Below, in pieces: positions 12,984 to 26,635 of a DNA stretch of 64,000 nt (position 1 is its first letter; each line of letters starts with the position of its first letter). Source of the stretch: Octopus sinensis (lineage: Eukaryota); NCBI RefSeq assembly GCF_006345805.1, contig NC_042999.1, forward strand, positions 149,234,001 through 149,298,000, given 5' to 3'. The translations under genes were made by a program, and so were the position numbers. The notes under the pieces were generated by a model that worked only from the letters and a program-made list of their open reading frames with translations, was not told the origin of the DNA and made no database searches.

Positions 12984-13365
12984 CTTTTCTACTCTAGACA
13001 CAAGGCCCGAAATTTTTGGAGAAAGGTCCAGTCGATTAGATCGACCCCAGTACACAACTGGTATTTAATTTATCGACCCTGAAAGGATGAAAGGTAGAGT
13101 CGACCTTGGAGGAATTTGAACTCAGAGCGCAAAGACAGATGAAATACCTATTTCTTTACTACCCACAAGGGGCTAAACACAGAGAAGACAGACAAACGGA
13201 TTAAGTTGATTATATCGACTCCAGTGCGTAATTGGTACTTATTTAATCAACTCTGAAAGGGTGAAAGGCAACCTCAGCGGAATTTGAACTCAAAACGTAA
13301 CCACAGATGAAATGCCACTAAGCATTTTGCTCAGCATGCTAACATTTCTGCCAGCTCGCTGCCTT
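12984..13365 (-). mobile_element. Composite family A SINE (head + A1 body + head-less A2 body)
   Basis: Two copies of the central domain joined at gaaatacc|tatttctttact (13141-13160), flanked by (AAT)n. Confidence 0.85.
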
Positions 13366-13841
13366 AATAATAATAATAATAATAATAATAATGATAATAA
13401 TAATAATAATAATAATAATAATGGTTTAAAATTTTTCCACAAGGGCAGCAGTTTTGGGGAAGGGGCGAGCTGGCAGAAACATTAGCACACTGGGTGAAAT
13501 GCTTAGTGAAATTTCGTCTGTCTTTACATTCTGAGTTCAATTTCCGTCATTTCGGGGTTGATAAATTATGTACCAGTTGCATACTGAGATCAATCTAATC
13601 AACTGGCCTCCTCCCCCAAAATTTCAAGCCTTGTGCCTAGAGTAGAAAAGAAAAGTTTTGGGGGAGGGGATGAGATGATTACATCGACCCCAGTGTTTAA
13701 CTGGTACTTATTTTATTGACCTTGAAAGGATGAAAGGCAAAGTTGACCTCGGTGGAATTCAAACTCAGAACGTAGTGATGAGCAAAATACTGCTAAGCAT
13801 TTCGTCTGGTGCCCTAATGATTCTGCCAGCTTGTCACCTTG

Positions 13842-13885
<44 letters not shown>

Positions 13886-14769
13886 CATTTAACATTCACT
13901 TTCCATGCTGTCTAAGCAACATTATCGGCCCTTGGACACATCAGTGCAATTGTAAGATTGTGATTTTGATTCCGGAAATAGGTGATGTGTAGTGTTCTTG
14001 AGCAAAACACTTTATTTTGTGCTGCTCCGGTCCACTGAGCCAGTCAAAATGAGTAACCCAGCGACAGACTGACGTCCCATCCAGGGGTGAATTGCATGTG
14101 ACATGAAAACCAGGAAACCAGCCCTATGAGTCTAGAAGACTCACAAAGGAGCTTTATCCAAGTAACATGACTCCAGAGATCCTTTAGAGAAACCCCATTT
14201 CAACCACTTATTTTCGATTGATCATCACCCAACATTCAAAATTGGATAGGGGCTCTGATAAGGTAGATGCAGTTAGTTTCAAACATATTTTTTTGTGAGA
14301 TTCACTGAAAGAAGTTGGCTACCCAGCTCAGGTTTTGGACCCTAGTTCAAATTCCGCTGAGGTCGACTTTGCCTTTCATCCTTTTGGGGTCGATAAATTA
14401 AGTACCAGTTACGCACTGCGGTCGATGTAATCGACTTAATACCTATGTCTGTCCTTGTTTGTCCCCTCTATGTTTAGCCCCTTGTAGGTAATAAAGAAAT
14501 AGGTATAGATTTGATAGCCCTGGTCTCCTTAATAACTTATATTGCTTAAGCACATTTGAAATAGGGCAATAACCTGACAGACTGTCCAGCACCTTATACT
14601 AGCAACACATACTATTTTTGTATGGATGGATAAATAGATGGAGAGAATATAAAGCGATGAATATTGTTTAGATGCCGTTGCCAAAGCATAGACATATCTT
14701 GTTTCTTAAAATGTTTTTTCTGTGTTTATATTTATACTTCAATAAGCAATACTTAGTCAAGAGAGAAGT

Positions 14770-14784
14770 ATGTGCAAGTTAGCA

Positions 14785-14856
<72 letters not shown>

Positions 14857-14904
14857 GCACACATACATACATGTATATATATATATATGCACACATACAC
14901 GTAC

Positions 14905-14946
<42 letters not shown>

Positions 14947-15100
14947 CATGCTCATATACACACATATTCTATATGCATGTGTGTGGGATACGTATATGCA
15001 CATATGTATTTGTTTATCTCTGTATGTGAAAGAGAGGGAGAGAGAGAGGAAGAGAGAGAGGAAGAGATGGAGAGAGAGAGAGAGAGAGAAAGAAAAGAAG

Positions 15101-15140
<40 letters not shown>

Positions 15141-15360
15141 CAACATTGAAAATCTTTGCTAGTCTAAAAAACTGTTATTGAGGGTGAACACAGATGTACA
15201 GAAAGAAATGTTAGGAAGAAAAAGAGAGGAGGAAAGAAAAGTGAGAAAAGAGAAAGGGTGAAACAGAGAAAAGAGAAAGAAAAGAAGAACAGAGAGAGAG
15301 AGGGAGAGAGAGGGAGAGAAAGGAAAAGGTGAAGGGAGAGCTAGGAAGGAAAAGAGACAA
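14770..15360. repeat. (TA)n and (GA)n microsatellite complex
   Basis: Directly visible. Confidence 0.95.
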
Positions 15361-15406
15361 AGTAAAAAAGTAAAAGGACTGTTGGAAATGAAAAGAAACA
15401 ACATAC

Positions 15407-15480
15407 AACTGTAAGCAGTGGGAGCACTGTCAAAGTGCCGAGTACTTTGAATAAGTGAGTTTCACTTCTGTAAATGTTGC
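15407..15480 (-). CDS. Candidate internal exon ((G)NIYRSETHLFKVLGTLTVLPLLTV)
   Basis: ctatctatcttcag acceptor, GTT|gtatgt donor, single open frame. Phase-compatible with the 19-nt exon at 21918-21936. Confidence 0.35.
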
Positions 15481-16761
15481 CTGAAGATAGATAGATCTGT
15501 TTTTTTTATTTTTATTTTTTAGTGACGAGGGAAGGTATGTACCCATGATGCTGTCAGGATCAGGTCAGCCAGCCAGCCATTGCTTCTGACTAAGCATCAT
15601 CATTTTAATATCCACTTTTCCATGCTTGCATGGGTTGGATGAAGTTTACTGAGGCAGATTTTCTTAGGCTGGATGCCCTTCCTGTTGCCAACATTCACTA
15701 ATTTCTAAGAGAAGTACGATTTCTCCAGGGGCTGACTTGCTTTTGCAGAACAATGGAAATTAATGACTGCTTTTATAACAGTGACATTTATTTACAACTA
15801 TAACATGATGTCAAGACAAGGAAATACAAACACAAACATATACACATATACATACATGTATACATATATATACAAATATACATACAAACACACACACACA
15901 TATACATTTATACATATATATCTTATTATCATTGTCATTTTTTTTTATTGCCCATGCTGGCATGGGTTGGATGGTTTGACAAGGGTTGGCAAGCTAAGAG
16001 GCTGCACCAGACTCCAATCTGATTTGGCATGGTTTCTGTGGCTGGATGTCCTTCCTAATGCCAACACACACATTCACACACATAATTCAAATTCTGGCAC
16101 AAGGCCAGCAATTTTGGTGCGGTTGATTACATTGACCTCAATATATAACTGGTACTTATTTCATTGGATGAAAGGCAAAGTCGAGTTCAGCGGGATTTCA
16201 ACTCAGAAAATAAAGATGGATGAAATACCAATAGACATTTCGCCTGGCATACTAGCAATACTGCCAGTCTGCTGCCTTTTTTTTACCTATTTCTTTATTG
16301 CTCACAAGGGGCTAAACATAGAGGGGACAAACAAGGACAGGCAAACAGATTCAGTTGATTATATCAACCCCAGTGCGTAACTGGTACTTATTTAATCGAC
16401 CCTGAAAGAATGAAAGGCTAAGTCGACCTAGGCGGAATTTGAACTCATAACATACTGGTATACGAAATACCACTAAGCATTTTGCCCAGCATGCTAATGT
16501 TTCTGCCAGCTCGCAACCTTTTTATTACCACCAATATTAGGGCAGCAGGCTGGCAGAATTATTACTGTGCCAGTAACAATTTTGCAGCATTTCTTCTGGC
16601 TTTATGCTTGAAGTTCAAATTGTACCAAAGTTGACTTTGCCTTTCATCCTTTTGAGGATGATAAAATAGTTGAACACTGGTACCTATTTTATCAACTTCA
16701 AAAGGACAAAAGGCAATTTTGTTTTCATATATATAGGTGTGTGTGTGTGTGTGATATTATA

Positions 16762-17185
16762 CAGGGTGGTGCAAAAGTAGGTATACAGTTATGAAAAAAA
16801 AGAAAACACGTACAATACTTCGTTTTTGGATTTGGTTTGCAAGATTCTTTATGTGAGTTCGTGTGTTGAAGCATATTCTGTTGTGTCTGGGAATTACCAC
16901 TTATTTCTTATTTTTATTTTCCTAAAATTTTACCGGTGAGTATGTTAAATTATATGGCACAAAAAGAAATGACTCTCCCCAGACACAACAGAATGTACAA
17001 TAATCATTAATTTTTATCAAAAAAGAAAAAGTTACAATAAAAGTATTATTATAGATAAATGTATTATGATTAATGACATTGAAAATATCCAAAATGAAGC
17101 TAATTTAATGTGCTAATAATTTTAATGAATTAAGTATTACAACATTGATGTGATACTTAATGTATACCTACTTTTGCACCCAGTG
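16762..17185. mobile_element. Tc1/mariner-type MITE
   Basis: TA at 16760-61 and 17186-87. TIRs cagggtggtgcaaaagtaggtataca / tgtatacctacttttgcacccagtg share a 20-bp exact match. Confidence 0.85.
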
Positions 17186-17619
17186 TATTTAATAATATTA
17201 TATGATAATGTGGACACACAGGTGAACTGCTAAGTAGAGCTTAAAATAGAAAGTGGAATATATCTTATCAGGCATCATCAAGTTAGTCTTAGTTACAATA
17301 ATTCTAATAAACAAACAGTTAGTAATACACTTAGTTACCTTCATATCAATCAAACTTTGATATCCTTTTTATGCTTTCTTTTAAAATGTCTTTTATGCAA
17401 TGTTCAATAGTCTCTAAAACAATCACAACTTAAACCTCCTTAATTAGTTAGCTAATGAAAAGTACATATAACCATTGTTATTTTTTCTCCTGCTTCTTTG
17501 GGTTAAATGAAATTTGTTGAGGCACACAGTCTACAGCTTCATGCTATTCCTATTGTCAACCCTCATCTGTTTCCAAACAAGGTAATATTTTCCCATAACC
17601 AGACATGTTTTTCACAGAA

Positions 17620-17976
17620 GCAAAATAAAAATCAAATGGAAATTACAGTTAAGATACATGTGCCGGTGACCTGTAAAAAGTACTGTCCAAACGTGGCAGA
17701 TGCCAGTACCGCCTGACTAGCGTCCGTGTCGGTGACCCCTAAAAGCACCAACCGATCGTGGCCGTTTGCCAGCCTCCTCTGTCCCCTGTGCCGGTGGCAC
17801 GTAAAAAGCACCCACAACACTCTCGGAGTGGTTGGCATTAGGAAGGGCATCCAGCTGTAGAAACACTGTCAGATCAGACTGGAGCCTGGTGCAGCCTCCT
17901 GGATTTCCAGACCCCGGTTGAACCGTCCAACCCATGCTAGCATGGAAAACGAATGTTAAACGATGATGATGATGAT
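17620..17976 (+). mobile_element. RTE LINE 3'UTR fragment (family C) with internal tandem units
   Basis: gtgccggtggcacgtaaaaagcacc units, ggaagggcatccagctgtag core, (gat)n tail. Confidence 0.85.
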
Positions 17977-18079
17977 TACAAACACAATATTGCTATGATG
18001 GTGATGTCATCTAGTAATTCAAGACAAATGGACAAACAAACACATCATTATTACTTCGTCAGTTGTTGCAGACAATGAC

Positions 18080-18265
18080 CAAGGACATCACACAGAAAAT
18101 AGGGCATGGTACATCCATCTGTGCCCGATCAGTCTGATGCATGATTGGAAGGCTCTGCCACAGGTTGGGTACTGATGGTTGGTTAGGACTGAAGGCAAGG
18201 AGTTGGCTCTGGACTTGCATAGTTTGTACTTTCTTTGTACCTCAGCAATCCTGTTCGGTTGGCAG
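18080..18265 (-). mobile_element. RTE (BovB-like) LINE 3' end with C-terminal C2H2-like zinc finger remnant
   Basis: Translates NRIAEVQRKYKLCKSRANSLPSVLTNHQYPTCGRAFQSCIRLIGHRWMYH, resembling the CPxCGRxFxxRIGLxSHxRxH end of BovB-like ORF2. Confidence 0.7.
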
Positions 18266-18351
18266 AATGTGGCATACATACAGATAGCCATACATACAAA
18301 CAACCATACACACCTATATTCAATACATGCCTGTGTACACATATAATCTTT

Positions 18352-18725
18352 TACATTTTTACTTGTTTCAGTCATGTGACTGTGGCCATGCTGGAGCACC
18401 GCCTTTAGTCGAGGAAATCGACCCCAAGACTCATTCTTTGTAAGCCTAGTACTTATTCTATCGGTCTCTTTTGCCGAACTGCTAAGTTACGGGGATATAA
18501 ACACACCAGCATCGGTTGTCAAGCGATGTTGGGGGGACAAACACAGACACACAAACATACATATATATATATACACGATGGGCTGCTTTCAGTTTCCGTC
18601 TACCAAATCCACTCACAAAGCTTTGGTCGGCCCGAGGCTATAGAAGACACTTGCCCAAGGGGCCACGCAGTGGGACTGAACCTGGAATCATGTGGTTCGT
18701 AAGCAAGCTACTTACCACACAACCA
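18352..18725 (-). mobile_element. SINE family B, near full length
   Basis: High similarity to 8577-8950 with CpGs retained. Confidence 0.9.
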
Positions 18726-18885
18726 CTGATGAACTTTAAAAAATTTTTTTTGTTTATCAAAGCCAAAACCATAGTAGAAGACACTTGTTTAAGGTGCCAC
18801 ACAGTGGGACTGAACCCAGAACCATGTTGTTGAGAAGTGAACGTCTCAACCACACAACTGTGCATAAACACACACACACACCACA

Positions 18886-18935
<50 letters not shown>

Positions 18936-21917
18936 ATATGCATGTACACATTTACATACATATTCAATCACACACATGCACATGAGAGAGAGGAAAGTAA
19001 AGTATGAGAGAGGGAGGAAAAGAGAGAGATAGTTATTAATTTTAAGTGGAAAAAGATACCTAAAAGCTTGATATAATTGATCCAAGCAAGGTTTTAACAA
19101 TTACCTTATTATCTTATATTTGTTTTTATTTCTGGTTTAACGTCTGCTTTCTAATGGCAGCATGGCATGGGTTAGATAGGTATGCAGGCATTAGTTATTC
19201 ATTTATGGAAGCTTGAGAAAAGCAATAATGGAATTACAGTTTGATTTAATAGGAACCCACTCAGTGACATTAATTATTCATGAAAAATGAGCCTGACAAG
19301 AATAAGAGAAATGCAAGCTGTGGAGAAAATTTATAGCCCCCACTTATACAAATGATGATGAAGTCCCTTGGTGTACAGTTAAGATTTATAGTTTGTGACG
19401 CATAACAACGACAACAACAAAATGAAATCAATATAATTAAACTTATCTGATTTGTCTGAGTGTTACTGTGGAAGTGTCTACTGCTGTTAATTAGTTTGTT
19501 GCTCCCAATTAAAATTTAATATTTGTTAGTTTAAGAAAATAAAGGAAGGGCTCTCATATTTTGCTAAGATTCTCTTCAATCAGTCATGGACAAACTGCAA
19601 CCTGCAGGACTTGCTGAATGGCATAGCAATGAAAAATTACCTTGAATTAGTAATGCAGCCCCTATAGATGATGAGTCATGTCTCATGTGGCTGGTTTCTG
19701 AAAAACAGTTGCCTATGCCTGTCCCAGACAATTGAGTCAGATGGTTGCCATTGTTGTTACTTAGCTATTAGTCAGCTCTGATTGAGACAATATTTGATCT
19801 AAATCGATTGTTATGAACATCATATCATCTGAGCTAATGAAGGGATCATGTCAGTTATAAGTGAAGAATAACTTGTCTGAACTCAAGTTGAAACTGCTCA
19901 CTGACAAAGTCTCTACAAATTCAAATGTAAAAAAAAAAGAGGGAGTTAAATAGAATGGGAATTGGCATGACTGTAGAATCAAGAAATTTGCTTCTCAACT
20001 ATGTGGCTTTGGTTTTAGTTCTACAATATGGTACCTTGGCTAAATGTCTTCTTCTAGAGCTCAGGGTTAACCAAAGTGTTGTGTGTGTATTTGATAGATT
20101 GGCTCCCTGTGTTGGTGGCATTTAAAATGCACCATCAGATCAGGATTACTTTTTGGTTGCTATCAGTTATTTTTTTTTTTACATATATCTAAATATTTAT
20201 GGATTTACTGTTGATGGATGGACAAATAATATATCCTTTGATACCTTTATGTGGGGCTAAGGTTTGGCTTGGAGCAGATTATTCCTAATCATATGTGTTT
20301 TAATTACTTATGTAAGGAACAATTTGGTAAATGACCAATGCTCTAGAATGGATTATGTTTGTATATATAAAGCCCACTGTACTGCAAAACAATTCGTCCA
20401 ACCTTTTTATTTACTCTGAAAGGATGACAGGCAAAGTTGACCATGATGAGATTTGAACTCAGATCATAGAGAGTTGGAATTGTTCTGCAATCCACCCACA
20501 ATTAGTATTTATTTGTTGGTTCCAGAAAGATAAAAAGAAAGCTGACCTCACTTGGATTTGAACTCAGAATGCAGAGGATTGGAACAGATACTGCAAGCAG
20601 TAGAGATAAGGGGGGGGGTAATGGTAGTAGAAAGAAGGAGCAGAGGTGTAGTAGCAGTAAAAGTTACAGGGTGTTGGTGGGAGTGAAGGTGTAATGGTGG
20701 TGTCATTAGAGGCAATGGGGTGGTAATTGTAGAGGGCCAGAGAGCAGAACTTCCAGACATTTACAAGTAATGTTGTTTATGTGGCAGTGGAGTCTACAGA
20801 CAACTGACGATGGTGCTACTGATAATGATGGCTATGATGATAATGATAGTTATATGCACCAGCATAACTAGAGTGTGTGCTGCCCGGAGCGACACTTCAG
20901 TTTGCAGCCCCTGGAACACACAAAAAACACATATTGCCTACAGCAATAATCTACAACAGGATGAAAAGTGCTGCCCAGTGTGAACTAGCTACACTAGAGG
21001 TCATATGTTGTGGTAGTGTAGTGGTAGGTGTGAAAAAGTTACCTGAAGAGGTAACTGTCTGTGATTGTAATATTTCATTCTTGTGATACTTATTTCTTTT
21101 AAAAGATCTTTTTTTTCGTTCTTTAATTGTTTAGAGAAATAAATACATAGATTTATTGAAACCAGTTCTGCCTTGCTTTATAAAATAAAGCCTTCCATAT
21201 AAATATATAAACAAAGCAAAAAAACAAAAAAAATATAGGAAGTGTGATAGGTGGGAGAATTAATTTCTTCCACCTATCCCACCCATTAATTTCTCCTCTT
21301 AAAATAAATATTAAATAAATGAAAAATAAATAAAGAAAAAAGTCACTGACTAAAGAACTAAGTAAAGTTAATCACCTTTTAAAAATCAGGTATCCGGGTT
21401 TAACCTGCTTAATGTATAACTGTTCATTCTTATTCAATCCCATGCTTGACACGGGCCACTGAATCCATTCACATAAAAACAGGATAGATGGGAAGAGAGA
21501 GATAATCAGATAAATCAGATAGATAGATAGATAGAGAAAGGCGTGTCAAGAAAAATTTTATCTGGAGCTATTCATTGCTGATGGTGGTGGTGGTGGTGGT
21601 GATGGTGTTGGTGGTAGTGGTGGTGCTTAATGAAGTCAACCCATAAAGGGTTTTGAAATCACATTTACAGAAAAAAAAAAAAGAACAGGAAGAAGTGAAG
21701 TGATTGAATAGGATCTTGGTAGCAGGTGTCAAATGTAGATTACATGAAAACAAGACACAGGAAAGGCCTTGCCCTATCCTTAGTTTTAAGACAATATATA
21801 TTATAAAAAGCTGGCAAAAAAAAAAAAAAAATTCAGGTATCAACAGATGAAACCCTCAGGAATCATTTAATCAGAATGGACAGGTGAATTCATTATAGCT
21901 GAATTATATCACCTTAC

Positions 21918-21936
21918 CTGTTTCTAATGAATATTT
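21918..21936 (-). CDS. Candidate 19-nt microexon (KYSLET+G)
   Basis: catgtttcttttcag acceptor after about 60 nt of pyrimidine-rich sequence, CAG|gtaagg donor. Joins in frame to 15407-15480. Confidence 0.35.
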
Positions 21937-22139
21937 CTGAAAAGAAACATGGGAATTGTAGAGTTGTGAAGGTAAGATATTGGTTGGAAAGGATATTTTT
22001 AGTTAGTGTTGGTGGTTAATGATGTGTAAATGCGGTTACTATAGATGTATGGTTGGGTAGTTACAGCTGGAGAGATGCTGGGATAGTAATCTCGCCTTTG
22101 CGGTATAGAAGTAATGATGTACAACTGGCTGTGTAGCAG

Positions 22140-22862
22140 TGATGTGTTTAGTGGTTATACAGAGGTAATATGTTAGTAATTATATAGAAGGGATGTGTTA
22201 GTAATAATGTAGAGGTGATGTGTTAGTAATATTATAGAAGTGATGTTAGTAATTATATAAAGGTGATATCAAATTAATTATGTAGAAGGAATGTGTTAAT
22301 AATTATACAAACATAATAAATTAGCAATTATACAGACATGATGTGTTAATAATTATGTAGAGGTGATGTGTTAGTAATTATACAAAGATAATGCGTTAAT
22401 AATTATAGGAAGGTGATGTATTAGTATTTACATACAGGTAATATGCTGAGAGTGACCTAGTGGTTAGGATGCTGCACATATGACTGTAAGATTAGCACAT
22501 CATGTAATCATAATTATTAAGTTTCAGCTCCTGGACTGGGCAGTGCATTGAGGTTTTGAGCAAAGCACTTCATTTCATACAGCTCCAGTCTATTCAGCAA
22601 TAGCAGGGAAATTAAACCTGCGATGGATCAGTGTACTGTTCAGAGGGGAATGTTGAAATCTCAGTCATTTATACAACATGGAAACAGGGTTAATCTCCGG
22701 ACTTACGGGTTGTAAGGCTCATAGAAGGCCTAAGTCTAAGATGTGTTGGGAGCTACATAGAAGCAATGTGTTAGGGCTATATAGAGATGATGTGTTAGCA
22801 GTTAAATGGCAGTGAGATGTTAGAAGTTATATAGGGGTCATGCTTTAGTAATTACATAGAGC
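22140..22862. repeat. Degenerate ~25-bp minisatellite (agaggtgatgtgttagtaattatat) split by a family D SINE at about 22445-22735
   Basis: About 12 units at 22140-22445 and about 5 more diverged units at 22740-22862. Confidence 0.8.
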
Positions 22863-24827
22863 TGTAAGCATTCAGTCCACTCTGCAGGGTGGTTGGCGCT
22901 AGGAAAGGCATCCAGCTGTAAAAACCATGCCAAAACAGACACTGAAGTCTGGTGCAGGCTCCTACCTGGCCAGCTCCTGTCAAACTATTCAACCCATGCC
23001 AGCTTGGAAGGTGGACATTAAACAATGATGATATTTAATTAATATAGTTCCATTGCTGAAGCCTGAGTTTTTGGGTTGTCTTGTGCTTATATTCTTGAAA
23101 TAACAGTTATCTGTTAATTTCCACTAGGTCTTTCTTGAGGTGTAGTTAGGTGTTGCCTTATTTGGATAAAAACAATGTTAGATGGAGGACCGATCAAAAT
23201 ACAAACAAACACATTGCAATTCATATGTGTCAATCATTTCAATCAACCATCATCCTCTTTTCCATACTCAACAGAATTTGTTGAGGCAGATTTTTTTTAC
23301 AGCTGGATGCCTTTCCTGTCACCAACCCTCACTTGTTTCCAAGCAAGGTAATATTTTCCATGTGACCAGACATATTTTTACTAAAGATTGGAAATTAAGG
23401 ACACTGCAGGTAGGGGTGCTCTGAAAGGAGTCTCAGGGAGTAGTGTCCCTGCCTTCCTGAGCTAGTTTTCCACAACATTTCTTAAAAATCATAGTAGAGG
23501 CCTTGGTCTCGGGACCACTCATGTCTAGAAACTGAAGCTGGGGGTAAGCAAGGGCATGCTCCAAAAAAGCCTCATGATAGCAAAAGAGAATGAGCACCAG
23601 CCAGCCCAAAGGTTGGGGTGGGCTGCACCTGCCTACCTTGGTTGCTATGGCATTGAGGTAGATCCGGCCACCCCTGTTAACAGGGACAAAACCTGGATTT
23701 AAAGTACTGGATGATGATGATGATGCAAGCATGATAGTAACGCTCCTTTACAACTATCACATGATGTCAAGGCAACGAGACAGTAACACACACACACGAT
23801 GGGCTTCTTTCAGTCTCCACTTACTAAATCTACTCACAAGGTTTTGGCCAGCCTGAGGCTTCAATAGAAGACACTTGCCCAAGGTGCCATGTAATGGGAC
23901 TGAACCTGGAACCATGTGGTTGGGAAGTAACTCCCCCCCACCCACCCCCACAGCCAAGCCTGTGTCTATTAACAATTGAATTTAAACAAAACAACATAAT
24001 TGTTTTGTTGAAATTTTCATTCAAATTCTTGCTGAAAACATAAATAATTTCAGAATTGTCACAATCCTCTTTGTATGTGCATGTAGGTGTGTGTGAGAAA
24101 AATCATTAATGTGCTGGATTAAATGCTTAGCAGTATTTTGCCCGTCGCTATGTTCCGAGTTCAAATTCCACCGAGGTCGATAAAATAAATACCAGTTGAA
24201 CATTGGGGTCAGTGTAATTGACTATTCCCCTCCCACAAAATTGCTGCCCTTGTGGCAAAACTTGAAACTATTATTATTATTATTATTATTATCATTATTA
24301 TTATCATCATCATCTACTTTTTTTGATTTTCTTCTTTCAATTTTGTTTCTATTTCTTTCCTGACATCTATTATAATTATTATTATGAGTGGATTTGGTAG
24401 ACGGAAACTGTAAGAAGCCTGATGCATGTGTGTGTGTTTGTATCTGTGTTCTCCACTACTGTTTAACAACCAGTTTGGTGTGTTTACAACCCTGTAACTC
24501 AGTGGTTTAGCAAAAGAGTCCACTAGAATAAGTACTAGACTTAAAAAAAAAAAAAAATAAGCACCAGGGTCAATTCATTTAACATAGAATTCTTGAAGGC
24601 AGTGCCCCAGCATGACCACAGTCTAATGACTGACATAAATAAAAGATTAACGATACTACTGAGGCCAACTTTTGTCAGTCATCATTTTGGGGTTGATAAA
24701 ATAAAGCATCAGTCATTAACTGGGGTTGATATAAAGAACTAATCTCACCCACCTAAAATTGCTGTCTTGTACCAAAATTTGAAACCATTCTTCATCATCT
24801 TATTATTATTACTATTATTATTATTAC

Positions 24828-25010
24828 GGCAGCGAGCTGGCAGAATCGTTAGCATGCCGGGTGAAATGTTTAGCAGTATTCCGTCTGCCGCTACGTTCTG
24901 AGTTCAAATTCCGCTGAGGTTGACTTTGCTTTTCATCCTTTCGGGGTCGATGAATTAAAGACCAGTTAGTTGCACACTGGGGTTGATATAATTGACTAGC
25001 CCCTACCCCT
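24828..25010 (+). mobile_element. SINE family A (A2-type)
   Basis: Head ggcagcgagctggcagaatcgttagc directly after (ATT)n. Confidence 0.85.
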
Positions 25011-26022
25011 AAAAAACATTTCCAGCTGTTGTGCCTATAATTGAAAGGATAATTATCATTATTATTGAGCTGTCAGAATCAACACAATGTCAGAAAACTA
25101 GCTGTATTATTTCTGATTTTTCCTCATTTTATCACCAAGGTTTCCTTTTATCCCTTTGGGGGTGGAAGAAAAAAAAAAAGCACCAGTCAAGAACTGGGGT
25201 CAATGTAATTGACTAATCTCCGCCCACAAAAATTGCTGGTTATGCCAAAATTTGAAACAATTATTAATTATCATCATCAGAATATAAATTAGAGGTTTAC
25301 TTTGCCTTTCATCTTTTCAGAATTGATGAAATAAGTACCAGTTACACACTGGGGTCAATGTTATCAACTATCCCCCACTCCCAAAATTTCAGGCCTTGAG
25401 TATAGTAGAAAGGGTTATTATATAAATTTGACTTACTTTGTGATCCCTTTTGTTTTTCAGTGTGTGCGTGTGTGTGTGCGCTGAAACCCTCGGGAGGAAC
25501 AGCTCTATGTTGTTATGTCTGTGGTTAGAAATACTGCGAATCAAATAACTTTGCAATCGGTAACTTTATATATTTCCGACACTGAGTACAAAGTTGCTGA
25601 TTGGACTGTGATGATGGTAATCGTGACAATTGCAGTGGTGGTGGTGGTAGTAGTGGAACAAGGAGTGATAATCAATGATTTGAACAGGTCAAGTGAACAA
25701 CTAGCACACATATTGTTCTGCATCCACTGAGAGTTATAATTAACTGACAACCGTCACTCCCACAACAAACCAGTGTAAAGTTATACTGTACATAAAAAAC
25801 CAAAAAAAAAAAAAAAACCCAGCTATGGGGTGGGGACAGACATGAGTATACACACACATAAATTTATGTATTTTTACTCAAAGTCTAGTGTAACATTTTG
25901 TGTACTTAATCTATTGAACACACATCCTTATCAGTAAATTCAGAAGTTCACAAACTAGGCAGAAAGCACTACCTTGAGCTTAAAAGAAGGCAGCAAATAA
26001 CAAATGGGGGATGTGTGTAGAG

Positions 26023-26099
26023 GAGGGCGATTTTTCTTGTAAATATGAAAATGAAAGAGTCTGAGGGTGATTTTTCTTGGAAATATGAAAATGAAAAGG
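26023..26099. repeat. 40-bp tandem duplication
   Basis: gaggg(c/t)gatttttcttg(t/g)aaatatgaaaatgaaa at 26023 and 26063. Confidence 0.85.
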
Positions 26100-26269
26100 T
26101 TTAAACCAAGTTCAACAACACTTAAACTTTAAACACATTTTCAAAATAATAATAGCAAATCTTTATTGGGATTGGTATAGAGGTAGCAATCACTGTATAC
26201 GGATCAATATAATCGGTTATTCCACTCCCTGTCCTCTCTTCCTTCCTCTGTCTTTTATCTTTTAATTGT

Positions 26270-26635
26270 TTCAGTTACCAAAAACTGTGGCCATGCTGGG
26301 GCACTCTCTTGAAGAATTCTAGTCAAACGGATTGACCCCAGTATTTTGTTTTCTTTTAAGCCTGGTACTTATTCTGTTGGTCCTTTTTGCTGAACTGCTA
26401 AGTTATGGGGATGTAAACATACAAACACCAGTTGTCAAGCAGTGGTGGAGACAAATGCAGACACAAAGACACACACATGACAGGCTTCTTTCAGTTTCCA
26501 TCTGCCAAATCCACTCACAAGGCTTTGGTCGGCCCGAGGCTATAGTAGAAGACACTTGCCCAAAGTGCCAAGCAGTGGGATTGAACCTGGAACCATGTGG
26601 TTAAGAAGCAAACTTCTTACCACACAGCCATGCCT
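26270..26635 (-). mobile_element. SINE family B
   Basis: Tail to head similarity to 8577-8950. Confidence 0.85.

Noticed and set aside
14130-14330. Possible minus-strand exon after a cttctttcag acceptor
   Set aside because: All frames reach a stop before a credible donor.
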